From assembly GCF_009914755.1 (NCBI RefSeq), contig NC_060939.1: a stretch of 64,000 nt of DNA; one strand, 5' to 3'. Of the stretch, positions 18,284-31,620 are shown piece by piece. Within the stretch, counting starts at the first letter, position 1. Every line of letters starts with the position of its first letter. Both the position numbers and the translations under genes were made by a program. The notes under the pieces are model-generated. The model saw only the letters and a list, made by a program, of their open reading frames with translations. It ran no database searches and was not told the origin of the DNA. Source of the DNA: the human T2T-CHM13v2.0 reference genome, Homo sapiens.

Positions 18284-19202
18284 GTCTCTCTCACTGTGTG
18301 TGTCTGTCTTCTGTCTTACTCTCCTTCTCTGCCTGTCCGTCTGTCTGTCTGTCTCTCCCTCTCTCTCCCTCCCTTTCTGTTTCTCTCTCTCTCTCTTTCT
18401 GTCTGTTTCTCTCTTTCTCTCTCTGTCTGTCTCTTTCTCTGTCTGTCTGTCTCTCTCTTTCTTTTTCTCTGTCTCTCTGTCTCTCTCTGTGTCTGTCTCT
18501 CTGTCTGTGCCTATCTTCTGTCTTACTCTCTTTCTCTGGCTGTCTGCCTGTCTCTCTCTCTCTCTCTGTCTGTCTCCGTCCCTCTCTCCCTGTCTGTCTG
18601 TTTCTCTCTCTGCCTCTCTCTCTCTCTGTCTGTCTCTTTCTCTGTCTGTCTGTCTCTCTCTTTCTTTTTCTCTGTCTCTCTGTCTCTCTCTGTGTCTGTC
18701 TCTCTTTCTGTGCCTATCTTCTGTCTTACTCTCTTTCTCTGGCTGTCTGCCTGTCTCTCTCTCTCTGCCTGTCTCCGTCCCTCCCTCCCTGTCTGTCTGT
18801 TTCTCTCTCTGTCTCTGTCTCTCTGTCCATCTCTGTCTGTCTCTTTCTCTTTCTCTCTCTCTGTCTCTGTCTCTCTCTCTCTCTGCCTGTCTCTCTCACT
18901 GTGTCTGTCTTCTGTCTTACTCTCTTTCTCTGCCTGCCTCTCTGTCTGTCTGTCTCTCTCCCTCCATGTCTCTCTCTCTCTCTCACTCACTCTCTCTCCG
19001 TCTCTCTCTCTTTCTGTCTGTTTCTCTCTCTGTCTGTCTCTCTCCCTCCATGTCTCTCTCTCTCTCTCTCTCACTCACTCTCTCTCCGTCTCTCTCTCTC
19101 TTTCTGTCTGTTTCTCTCTCTGTCTGTCTCTCTCCCTCCATGTCTCTCTCTCTCCCTCTCACTCACTCTCTCTCCGTCTCTCTCTCTCTTTCTGTCTGTT
19201 TC

Positions 19203-19263
<61 letters not shown>

Positions 19264-19296
19264 GTCTTTCTCCCTCCCTGTCTGTCTGTCTGTCTC

Positions 19297-19329
<33 letters not shown>

Positions 19330-19410
19330 TTCTCTTTCTGTCTGTTTCTCTCTATCTCTCGCTGTCCATCTCTGTCTTTCTATGTCTGTCTCTTTCTCTG
19401 TCAGTCTGTC
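16614..19410 (+). repeat. Pyrimidine-rich (CT/CTGT)n block of LR2
   Basis: 11 copies of the anchor motif (some with 1 mismatch). Confidence 0.95.
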
Positions 19411-19669
19411 AGACACCCCCGTGCCGGGTAGGGCCCTGCCCCTTCCACGAGAGTGAGAAGCGCGTGCTTCGGTGCTTAGAGAGGCCGAGAGGAATCTAGA
19501 CAGGCGGGCCTTGCTGGGCTTCCCCACTCGGTGTACGATTTCGGGAGGTCGAGGCCGGGTCCCCGCTTGGATGCGAGGGGCATTTTCAGACTTTTCTCTC
19601 GGTCACGTGTGGCGTCCGTACTTCTCCTATTTCCCCGATAAGCTCCTCGACTTCAACATAAACTGTGAA

Positions 19670-19873
19670 GGCCGGACGCAACACGGCGAAACCCCGTCTC
19701 TACTAAAAATACAAAGCTGAGTCGGGAGCGGTGGGGCAGGCCCCTGTAATGCCAGCTCCTCGGGAGGCTGAGGCGGGAGAATCGCTTGAACCAGGGAAGC
19801 GGAGGCTGCAGGGAGCCGAGATCGCGCCACTGCACTACGGCCCAGGCTGTAGAGTGAGTGAGACTCGGTCTCT
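19670..19873 (+). mobile_element. Alu with left-arm internal deletion
   Basis: GGCCGGACGC joined directly to AACACGGCGAAACCCCGTCTCTACTAAAAATACA; intact right arm. Confidence 0.85.
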
Positions 19874-21065
19874 AAATAAATACGGAAATTAATTAATTCA
19901 TTAATTCTTTTCCCTGCTGACGGACATTTGCAGGCAGGCATCGGTTGTCTTCGGGCATCACCTAGCGGCCACTGTTATTGAAAGTCGACGTGACACGGAG
20001 GGAGGTCTCGCCGACTTCACCGAGCCTGGGGCAACGGGTTTCTCTCTCTCCCTTCTGGAGGCCCCTCCCTCTCTCCCTCGTTGCCTAGGGAACCTCGCCT
20101 AGGGAACCTCCGCCCTGGCGGGGGCCCTATTGTTCTTTGATCGGCGCTTTACTTTTCTTTGTGTTTTGGCGCCTAGACTCTTCTACTTGGGCTTTGGGAA
20201 GGGTCAGTTTAATTTTCAAGTTGCCCCCCGGCTCCCCCCACTACCCACGTCCCTTCACCTTAATTTAGTGAGTCGGTTAGGTGGGTTTCCCCCAAACCGC
20301 CCCCCCCCCCCCGCCTCCCAACACCCTGCTTGGAAACCTTCCAGAGCCACCCCGGTGTGCCTCCGTCTTCTCTCCCCTTCCCCCACCCCTTGCCGGCGAT
20401 CTCATTCTTGCCAGGCTGACATTTGCATCGGTGGGCGTCAGGCCTCACTCGGGGGCCACCGTTTTTGAAGATGGGGGCGGCACGGTCCCACTTCCCCGGA
20501 GGCAGCTTGGGCCGATGGCATAGCCCCTTGACCCGCGTGGGCAAGCGGGCGGGTCTGCAGTTGTGAGGCTTTTCCCCCCGCTGCTTCCCGCCTCAGGCCT
20601 CCCTCCCTAGGAAAGCTTCACCCTGGCTGGGTCTCGGTCACCTTTTATCACGATGTTTTAGTTTCTCCGCCCTCCGGCCAGCAGAGTTTCACAATGCGAA
20701 GGGCGCCACGGCTCTAGTCTGGGCCTTCTCAGTACTTGCCCAAAATAGAAACGCTTTCTGAAAACTAATAACTTTGCTCACTTAAGATTTCCAGGGACGG
20801 CGCCTTGGCCCGTGTTTGTTGGCTTGTTTTGTTTCGTTCTGTTTTGTTTTGTTCGTGTTTTTCCTTTCTCGTATGTCTTTCTTTTCAGGTGAAGTAGAAA
20901 TCCCCAGTTTTCAGGAAGACGTCTATTTTCCCCAAGACACGTTAGCTGCCGTTTTTTCCTGTTGTGAACTAGCGCTTTTGTGACTCTCTCAACGTGCAGT
21001 GAGAGCCGGTTGATGTTTACTATCCTTCATCATGACATCTTATTTTCTAGAAATCCGTAGGCGAA

Positions 21066-21153
21066 TGCTGCTGCTGCTCTTGTTGCTGTTGTTGTTGTTG
21101 TTGTTGTCGTCGTTGCTGTTGTCGTTGTCGTTGTTGTTGTCGTTGTCGTTGTT
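21066..21153. repeat. (GCT)/(GTT)/(GTC)n trinucleotide mosaic
   Basis: Seen directly. Confidence 0.9.
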
Positions 21154-21229
21154 TTCAAAGTATACCCCGGCCACCGTTTATGGGATCAAAAGCATTATAA
21201 AATATGTGTGATTATTTCTTGAGCACGCC

Positions 21230-21826
21230 CTTCCTCCCCCTCTCTCTGTCTCTCTGTCTGTCTCTGTCTCTCTCTTTCTCTGTCTGTCTTCTCTCTCTCT
21301 CTCTCTCTGTGTCTCTCTCTCTCTGCCTGTCTGTTTCTCTCTCTCTGCCTCTCTCTCTCTCTCTCTCTCTGCCTGTCTCTCTCACTGTGTCTGTCTTCTG
21401 TCTTACTCCCTTTCTCTGTCTGTCTGTCGGTCTCTCTCTCTCTCTCTCCCTGTCTGTATGTTTCTCTCTGTCTCTGTCTCTCTCTCTCTTTCTGTTTCTC
21501 TCTCTCCGTCTCTGTCTTTCTCTGACTGTCTCTCTCTTTCCTTCTCTCTGTCTCTCTCTGCCTGTCTCTCTCACTCTGTCTTCTGTCTTACTCTCTCTCT
21601 CTGCCTGCCTGTCTCTCTCACTCTCTCTCTCTGTGTGTCTCTCTCTCTCTTTCTGTTTCTCTCTGTCTCTCTGTCCGTCTCTGTCTTTCTCTGTCTGTCT
21701 CTTTGTCTGTCTGTCTTTGTCTTTCCTTCTCTCTGTCTCTGTCTCTCTCACTGTGTCTGTCTTCTGTCTTAGTCTCTCTCTCTCTCTCTCCCTGTCTGTC
21801 TGTCTCTCTCTCTCTCTCCCCCTGTC

Positions 21827-21871
<45 letters not shown>

Positions 21872-22144
21872 TTGTCTTTCTTTCTGTCTCTGTCTCTCTC
21901 TCTCTCTCTGTGTGTCTGTCTTCTGTCTTACTGTCTTTCTCTGCCTGTCTGTCTGTCTGTCTCTCTCTGTCTGTCTCTCTCTCTCTCTCCCCCCTGTCGG
22001 CTGTTTCTCTGTCTCTGTCTGTGTCTCTCTTTCTGTCTGTTTCTCTCTGTCTGTCTTTCTCTCTCTGTCTCTTTCTCTCTGTCTCTCTGTCTGTCTCTGT
22101 CTCTCTCTCTGTCTCTCTCTCTCTGTGGGGGGGTGTGTGTGTGT

Positions 22145-22181
<37 letters not shown>

Positions 22182-22432
22182 TGCCTTCTGTCTTACTCTC
22201 TTTCTCTGCCTGTCTGTCTGCCTGTCTGTTTGTCTCTCTCTCTCTGCCTGTCTCTCTCCCTTCCTGTCTGTTTCTCTCTCTTTCTGTTTCTCTCTGTCTC
22301 TGTCCATCTCTGTCTTTCTCCGTCTGTCTCTTTATCTGTCTCTCTCCGTCTGTCTCTTTATCTGTCTCTCTCTCTCTTTCTGTCTTTCTCTCTCTGTGTA
22401 TCGTTGTCTCTCTCTGTCTGTCTCTGTCTCTG

Positions 22433-22465
<33 letters not shown>

Positions 22466-22530
22466 GTCTGTCTGTCCGTCTGTCTGTCTCGGTCTCTGGC
22501 TCTCGCTATCTCCCGCCCTCTCTTTTTTTG
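21230..22530 (+). repeat. Third pyrimidine-rich CT block with internal (GT)n
   Basis: Same anchor-motif family as the LR CT blocks. Confidence 0.92.
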
Positions 22531-23808
22531 CAAAAGAAGCTCAAGTACATCTAATCTAATCCCTTACCAAGGCCTGAATTCTTCACTTCTGACATCCCAG
22601 ATTTGATCTCCCTACAGAATGCTGTACAGAACTGGCGAGTTGATTTCTGGACTTGGATACCTCATAGAAACTACATATGAATAAAGATCCAATCCTAAAA
22701 TCTGGGGTGGCTTCTCCCTCGACTGTCTCGAAAAATCGTACCTCTGTTCCCCTAGGATGCCGGAAGAGTTTTCTCAATGTGCATCTGCCCGTGTCCTAAG
22801 TGATCTGTGACCGAGCCCTGTCCGTCCTGTCTCAAATATGTACGTGCAAACACTTCTCTCCATTTCCACAACTACCCACGGCCCCTTGTGGAACCACTGG
22901 CTCTTTGAAAAAAATCCCAGAAGTGGTTTTGGCTTTTTGGCTAGGAGGCCTAAGCCTGCTGAGAACTTTCCTGCCCAGGATCCTGTGTGACCAAAAGTGC
23001 CTCTGCTGGGAGCTGGGATCCTCGGGACCATGCTTGCTAGCGCTGGATGAGTCTCTGGAAGGACGCACGGGACTCCGCAAAGCTGACCTGTCCCACCGAG
23101 GTCAAATGGATACCTCTGCATTGGCCCGAGGCCTCCGAAGTACATCACCGTCACCAACCGTCACCGTCAGCATCCTTGTGAGCCTGCCCAAGGCCCCGCC
23201 TCCGGGGAGACTCTTGGGAGCCCGGCCTTCGTCGGCTAAAGTCCAAAGGGATGGTGACTTCCACCCACAAGGTCCCCACTGAACGGCGAAGATGTGGAGC
23301 GTAGGTCAGAGAGGGGACCAGGAGGGGAGACGTCCCGACAGGCGACGAGTTCCCAAGGCTCTGGCCACCCCACCCACGCCCCACGCCCCACGTCCCGGGC
23401 ACCCGCGGGACACCGCCGCTTTATCCCCTCCTCTGTCCACAGCCGGCCCCACCCCACCACGCAACCCACGCACACACGCTGGAGGTTCCAAAACCACACG
23501 GTGTGACTAGAGCCTGACGGAGCGAGAGCCCATTTCACGAGGTGGGAGGGGTGGGGGTGGGGTGGGTTGGGGGTTGTGGGGTCTGTGGCGAGCCCGATTC
23601 TCCCTCTTGGGTGGCTACAGGCTAGAAATGAATATCGCTTCTTGGGCGGAGGGGCTTCCTTAGGCCATCACCGCTTGCGGGACTACCTCTCAAACCCTCC
23701 CTTGAGGCCACAAAATAGATTCCACCCCACCCATCGACGTTTCCCCCGGGTGCTGGATGTATCCTGTCAAGAGACCTGAGCCTGACACCGTCGAATTAAA
23801 CACCTTGA

Positions 23809-24042
<234 letters not shown>

Positions 24043-24087
24043 TAGATTCGAGCCACACCTCATTCCGTGCCACAGAGAGACTTCTTT

Positions 24088-27000
24088 TTTTTTTTTTTTT
24101 TAAGCGCAACGCAACATGTCTGCCTTATTTGAGTGGCTTCCTATATCATTATAATTGTGTTATAGATGAAGAAACGGTATTAAACACTGTGCTAATGATA
24201 GTGAAAGTGAAGACAAAAGAAAGGCTATCTATTTTGTGGTTAGAATAAAGTTGCTCAGTATTTAGAGCTACCTAAATACGTCAGCATTTACACTCTTCCT
24301 AGTAAAAGCTGGCCAATCTGAATAATCCTCCTTTAAACAAACACAATTTTTGATAGGGTTAAGATTTTTTTAAGAATGCGACTCCTGCAAAATAGCTGAA
24401 CAGACGATACACATTTAAAAAAATAACAACACAAGGATCAACCAGACTTGGGAAAAAATCGAAAACCACACAAGTCTTATGAAGAACTGAGTTCTTAAAA
24501 TAGGACGGAGAACGTAGCTATCGGAAGAGAAGGCAGTATTGGCAAGTTGATTGTTACGTTGGTCAGCAGTAGCTGGCACTATCTTTTTGGCCATCTTTCG
24601 GGCAATGTAACTACTACAGCAAAATGAGATATGATCCATGAAACAACATATTCGCAAATCAAAAAGTGTTTCAGTAATATAATGCTTCAGATTTAGAAGC
24701 AAATCAAATGATAGAACTCCACTGCTGTAATAAGTCACCCCAAAGATCACCGTATCTGACAAAATAACTACCACAGGGTTATGACTTCAGAATCATACTT
24801 TCTCTTGATATTTACTTATGTATGTATTTATTTTTTTTAATTTATTTCTCTTGAGACGGCGTCTCGCTCTGTCGCCCAGGCTGGAGTGCGATGGTGTGAT
24901 CTCGGCTCACTGCAACCGCCACCTCCCTGGGTTCAAGCGATTCTCCTGCCTCAGCCTCCCGAGTAGCTGGGACTACAGGTGCCCGCCACCACGCCCAGCT
25001 AATCTTTATACTTTTAATAGAGACGGGGTTTCACCGTGTCGGCCCGGATGGTCTCGATCTCTTGACCTCGTGACCCGCCCGCCTCGGCCTCCCAAAGTGC
25101 TGGGATGACAGGCGTGAGCCACTGAGCCCGGCCTTCTCTTGACGTTTAAACTATGAAGTCAGTCCAGAGAAACGCAATAAATGTCAACGGTGAGGATGGT
25201 GTTGAGGCAGAAGTAGGACCACACTTTTTCCTATCTTATTCAGTTGATAACAATATGACCTAGGTAGTAATTTCCTATGTGCCTACTTATACACGAGTAC
25301 AAAAGAGTAAAACAGAGAGACTGCTAAATTAAAGGGTACGTGAAGTTCTTCATAGTAACTCCGTAAACTGGAACACTGTCAAAAAGCAGCAGCTAGTGAA
25401 TTGTTTCCATGTATTTTTCTATGATCCAATAAGTGAACTATGCTATTCCTTTCCAGTCTCCCAAGCACTTCTTGTCCCCATCACCACTTCGGTGCTCGAA
25501 GAAAAAGTAACAAATCAAGGAACACAACTAAAGAAACACACACACAAACCAAAGACAACTACAGCGTCTGCAAAAGTTTGCTAGAAGACTGAAACTGTTG
25601 AGTATAAGGATCTGGTATTCTACGATGATCATGAGTTCACTTCAGAGTTTGTTCAAGACATACGTTTCGTAAGGAAACATCTTAGTTAGAAGTTATTCAG
25701 CAGTAGGTACCATCCCTAAGTATTTTTCACCAAATTCGTGACAATAAAGAGCTATCTAACCAGAAAAATTAGCGAGTACCGGCACCATCCATAGGGCTTT
25801 GTCTTTACGCTTCATTAGCACTTACCATGCCTTACAATGTCTAGGATTGACCCTGATAGCATTTCGAAAACAAGCTAATGCTTTGTCCAGTTCTTCAGTG
25901 AAGACAAGCTCACGCCCTAATGCGCTATAGGCATAAGCATCATTTGGATCCACTTCGAGAGTTCTCTGGAAGAATTGAATCGCAATATCGTGTTCCCGTT
26001 GCAGACCGAAACAGTTCCCTGCAGCACACCAGGCCTCTGGCTGGCGAATTTTTATCCATGTCTGTGAAGTCTTTGGACAGAACTGAAAGAGCAACCTCTT
26101 TCGGAGGATGCCAAAGTGTTGTAGAGTAGATCTCCATGCCTTCGACTCTGTAATTCTCAATCCTCCTAACCTCTGAGAATTGTCTTTCAGCTTGCGTGGA
26201 CTCTGAAAGTTTACAATAGGCCCTTCCGATTTGGCACAGTACCCAACCGGTATTGCAGTGGTGAGAAGCTAGATGGCTCAAGATGCTGATAGCTTCTTTG
26301 CCGTGGTAAGAACACAAAGCTAAATAACCTTTCCCCCTTTCACGAAGAAGGCTCATCAAGCCTTCCGCTGCTGCTTTTTGTAGATTAAAAGCCTGAATCT
26401 GAGGCGCGATTGCGGCTATTTTCCCTTCTGAAATGACGGAAGAGTCCAATTTTGTCACTTCCAGGCTATCACTTATGTTCGGTGGAGTTATTGCTCCTTT
26501 ATTAGTTTTACTTTTGGTTCTTCTGTTTGGGATTTTAGGTGGAAACTTCATTTTTAATTTTCTCCTATTCTCCTCGGTTGTGGAGCTGTCACTAGTCAAG
26601 AGTCGTGAATTTCTTCGAGGCGGTGCATTTGGGGGAGATGCCATAGTGGGGCTCAATACCTGAGGTGTTGCCCTTGTCGGCGGACCAGAACTTTGTGTTT
26701 TTGCAAGGACTGGAGTTACCTTTCGGCTCTTTCCCCTCTGCGAGAAGACAGACGGTGTTCCGGTTTGGCCGATTCTGGCAACAGGCTTTTCTGAAGGGGC
26801 TCCGGTGGATGGCACGTCAATGACAGACGGTGTCTCATACCAGTGCAGTTTTGTCAATAGGGTCCGTCTCCGGGACTTGGGGTTTCTAATGGCAAAATGC
26901 CAACACTTGGGGTTAATGGACTAACAGCTGCTGGTCCTCCTAATAAACTTCGACCAGTTTTTGGTTTATGTTGAACCTGTTTAGATCATATGGAAGTTCC

Positions 27001-27886
27001 TGTTCCCAGTGGGACAGTATCAGGTGAAAGGACAGCTGAATCGATAGAAGACACTGGGGAGTCTGTATTCAAGGAGTACTTTGAATTGGAAGATTCTAAA
27101 TTCCATCCGTTTCATTCGACGGTGTCCTGGGGTGTTTCCGTAAGAACGGTCTCGGGCTGTCTGTGACATAAACTAGGACGAGGTCCAAGTGTTGTGGCGC
27201 AACACTTGGACAGGCAGTTGCTAAAGCTCTCTAGAGAGGTGAATCAAAATGTTTGGTCAGGATCTGGCTTTTCCCCCCTATTTCACATCATGATTCAAAG
27301 GGACACCAGAGGAAAGGATTTCAACGAAGGCTCTTTTGGTCACATTCTGATCCTTTGGTAAGCCGATCTGTCTTGCAATATACATGTCCCGACGATGGAA
27401 GGGGAAAGCGAGCTGAATCACCAAACTCAGGAACGATAATATCATCGTGGCTTTTCTGCTTATGAAACACTCCACCCGATAAGATTTGATCCCCTTCTGC
27501 AAGCTTGCTGAGATCAACACAACATTTCGCAAGCAGGCATTTGCATTGCGGGGTAGTACAACTGTGTCCTTTCAAGAGTCTATATGTTTTATAGGCCTTT
27601 CCTGAGCGGTAAGAACAGGTCGCCAGTAAGAACAAGGCTTCTTCTGAGTGTACTTCTGCATAAAGGCGTTCTGCGGGGGAAACCGCATCTCGGTAGGCAT
27701 AGTGGTTTAGTGCTTGCCATATAGCAGCCTGGACGGGTCCCTGCAGCACCGCCATCCTCGAGGCTCAGGCCCACTTTCTGCAGTGCCACAGGCACCCCCC
27801 CCCCCCCCCATAGCGGCTCCGGCCCGGCCAGCCTCGGCTCATTTAAAGGCACCAGCCGCCGTTACCGGGGGATGGGGGAGTCCGAG
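24088..27886 (-). pseudogene. CDC27P: CDC27 processed pseudogene (5'UTR 27756-27886; disrupted CDS 27755 to ~25825; probable intronic 3' extension to poly(A) at 24085-24101)
   Basis: Translation MAVLQGPVQAAIWQALNHYAYRDA...LFLLATC...; KMKFPPKIPNR...LQKAAAEGLMSLLRE; ELDKALACFRNAIRVNPRH matches APC3/CDC27. Intronless, with several in-frame TGA stops and frameshifts. 16-bp TSD at 24072-24087 / 27887-27902. Confidence 0.95.
24815..25133 (-). mobile_element. Full-length Alu inside the CDC27 retrocopy 3' extension, with its own TSD
   Basis: GAGACGGCGTCTCGCTCTGTCGCCCAGG...GAGCCCGGCC, flanked by TTCTCTTGATATTTA (24800) and TTCTCTTGACGTTTA (25134). Confidence 0.9.
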
Positions 27887-28410
27887 ACAGAATGACTTCT
27901 TTATCCTGCTGACTCTGGAAAGCCCGGCGCCTTGTGATCCATTGCAAACCGAGAGTCACCTCGTGTTTAGAACACGGATCCACTCCCAAGTTCAGTGGGG
28001 GGATGTGAGGGGTGTGGCAGGTAGGACGAAGGACTCTCTTCCTTCTGATTCGGTCTGCACAGTGGGGCCTAGGGCTGGAGCTCTCTCCGTGCGGACCGCT
28101 GACTCCCTCTACCTTGGGTTCCCTCGGCCCCACCCTGGAACGCCGGGCCTTGGCAGATTCTGGCCCTTCCTGGCCCTTCAGTCGCTGTCAGAAACCCCAT
28201 CTCATGCTCGGATGCCCCGAGTGACTGTGGCTCGCACCTCTCCGGAAACATTGGAAATCTCTCCTCTACGCGCGGCCACCTGAAACCACAGGAGCTCGGG
28301 ACACACGTGCTTTCGGGAGAGAATGCTGAGAGTCTCTTGCCGACTCTCTCTTGACTTGAGTTCTTCGTGGGTGCGTGGTTAAGACGTAGTGAGACCAGAT
28401 GTATTAACTC

Positions 28411-28575
28411 AGGCCGGGTGCTGGTGGCTCACGCCTGTAACCCCAACACTTTGGGAGGCCGAGGCCGTAGGATCCCTCGAGGAATCGCCTAACCCTGGGG
28501 AGGTTGAGGTTGCAGTGAGTGAGCCATAGTTGTGTCACTGTGCTCCAGTCTGGGCGAAAGACAGAATGAGGCCCT
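28411..28575 (+). mobile_element. Partial Alu
   Basis: GGCCGGGTGCTGGTGGCTCACGCCTGTAA...GAGGTTGCAGTGAG. Confidence 0.8.
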
Positions 28576-28676
28576 GCCACAGGCAGGCAGGCAGGCAGGC
28601 AGGCAGAAAGACAACAGCTGTATTATGTTCTTCTCAGGGTAGGAAGCAAAAATAACAGAATACAGCACTTAATTAA

Positions 28677-28977
<301 letters not shown>

Positions 28978-29021
28978 TACGTTTATTTATTTATTTTTTT
29001 AATTATTTTACTTTTTTTTAG

Positions 29022-29374
<353 letters not shown>

Positions 29375-29453
29375 TATTTATCTATTTATTAACTTTGAGT
29401 CCAGGTTATGAAACCAGTTAGTTTTTGTAATTTTTTTTTTTTTTTTTTTTTTT

Positions 29454-29558
29454 TGAGACGAGGTTTCACCGTGTTGCCAAGGCTTGGACCGAGGGATCCA
29501 CCGGCCCTCGGCCTCCCAAAAGTGCGGGGATGACAGGCGCGAGCCTACCGCGCCCGGA
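29454..29558 (-). mobile_element. Alu monomer fragment with T-tail
   Basis: GAGACGAGGTTTCACCGTGTTGCC...CTCGGCCTCCCAAAAGTG. Confidence 0.75.
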
Positions 29559-30360
29559 CCCCCCCTTTCCCCTTCCCCCGCTTGTCTTCCCGACAGACAG
29601 TTTCACGGCAGAGCGTTTGGCTGGCGTGCTTAAACTCATTCTAAATAGAAATTTGGGACGTCAGCTTCTGGCCTCACGGACTCTGAGCCGAGGAGTCCCC
29701 TGGTCTGTCTATCACAGGACCGTACACGTAAGGAGGAGAAAAATCGTAACGTTCAAAGTCAGTCATTTTGTGATACAGAAATACACGGATTCACCCAAAA
29801 CACAGAAAGCAGTCTTTTAGAAATGGCCTTAGCCCTGGTGTCCGTGCCAGTGATTCTTTTCGGTTTGGACCTTGACTGAGAGGATTCCCAGTCGGTCTCT
29901 CGTCTCTGGACGGAAGTTCCAGATGATCCGATGGGTGGGGGACTTAGGCTGCGTCCCCCCAGGAGCCCTGGTCGATTAGTTGTGGGGATCGCCTTGGAGG
30001 GCGCGGTGACCCACTGTGCTGTGGGAGCCTCCATCCTTCCCCCCACCCCCTCCCCAGGGGATCCCAATTCATTCCGGGCTGACACGCTCACTGGCAGGCG
30101 TCGGGCATCACCTAGCGGTCACTGTTACTCTGAAAACGGAGGCCTCACAGAGGAAGGGAGCACCAGGCCGCCTGCGCACAGCCTGGGGCAACTGTGTCTT
30201 CTCCACCGCCCCCGCCCCCACCTCCAAGTTCCTCCCTCCCTTGTTGCCTAGGAAATCGCCACTTTGACGACCGGGTCTGATTGACCTTTGATCAGGCAAA
30301 AACGAACAAACAGATAAATAAATAAAATAACACAAAAGTAACTAACTAAATAAAATAAGT

Positions 30361-30510
30361 CAATACAACCCATTACAATACAATAAGATACGATACGATA
30401 GGATGCGATAGGATACGATAGGATACAATACAATACGATACGATACGATACAATACAATACAATACAATACAATACAATACAATACAATACAATACAATA
30501 CAATACAATA
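30361..30510. repeat. (CAATA)n pentamer array with CGATA/GGATA variants
   Basis: Seen directly. Confidence 0.92.
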
Positions 30511-30511
30511 C

Positions 30512-31348
<837 letters not shown>

Positions 31349-31620
31349 TTAACTTCATTTTATGTTATTATCATGATTGATGTTTCGAGACGGAGTCTCG
31401 GAGGCCCGCCCTCCCTGGTTGCCCAGACAACCCCGGGAGACAGACCCTGGCTGGGCCCGATTGTTCTTCTCCTTGGTCAGGGGTTTCCTTGTCTTTCTTC
31501 GTGTCTTTAACCCGCGTGGACTCTTCCGCTCGGGTTTGACAGATGGCAGCTCCACTTTAGGCCTTGTTGTTGTTGGGGACTTTCCTGATTCTCCCCAGAT
31601 GTAGTGAAAGCAGGTAGATT

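Noticed and set aside
24415-24774. 119-aa hydrophobic ORF
   Set aside because: Chance ORF in AT-rich probable intron-derived DNA; no recognisable homology.
25940-26857. 305-aa CDC27-like ORF as a functional gene
   Set aside because: Fragment between stops and frameshifts of a processed pseudogene; non-ATG start.
30361-30510. Pentamer array as satellite II/III
   Set aside because: The unit is CAATA, not GGAAT/CATTC, and the array is short.
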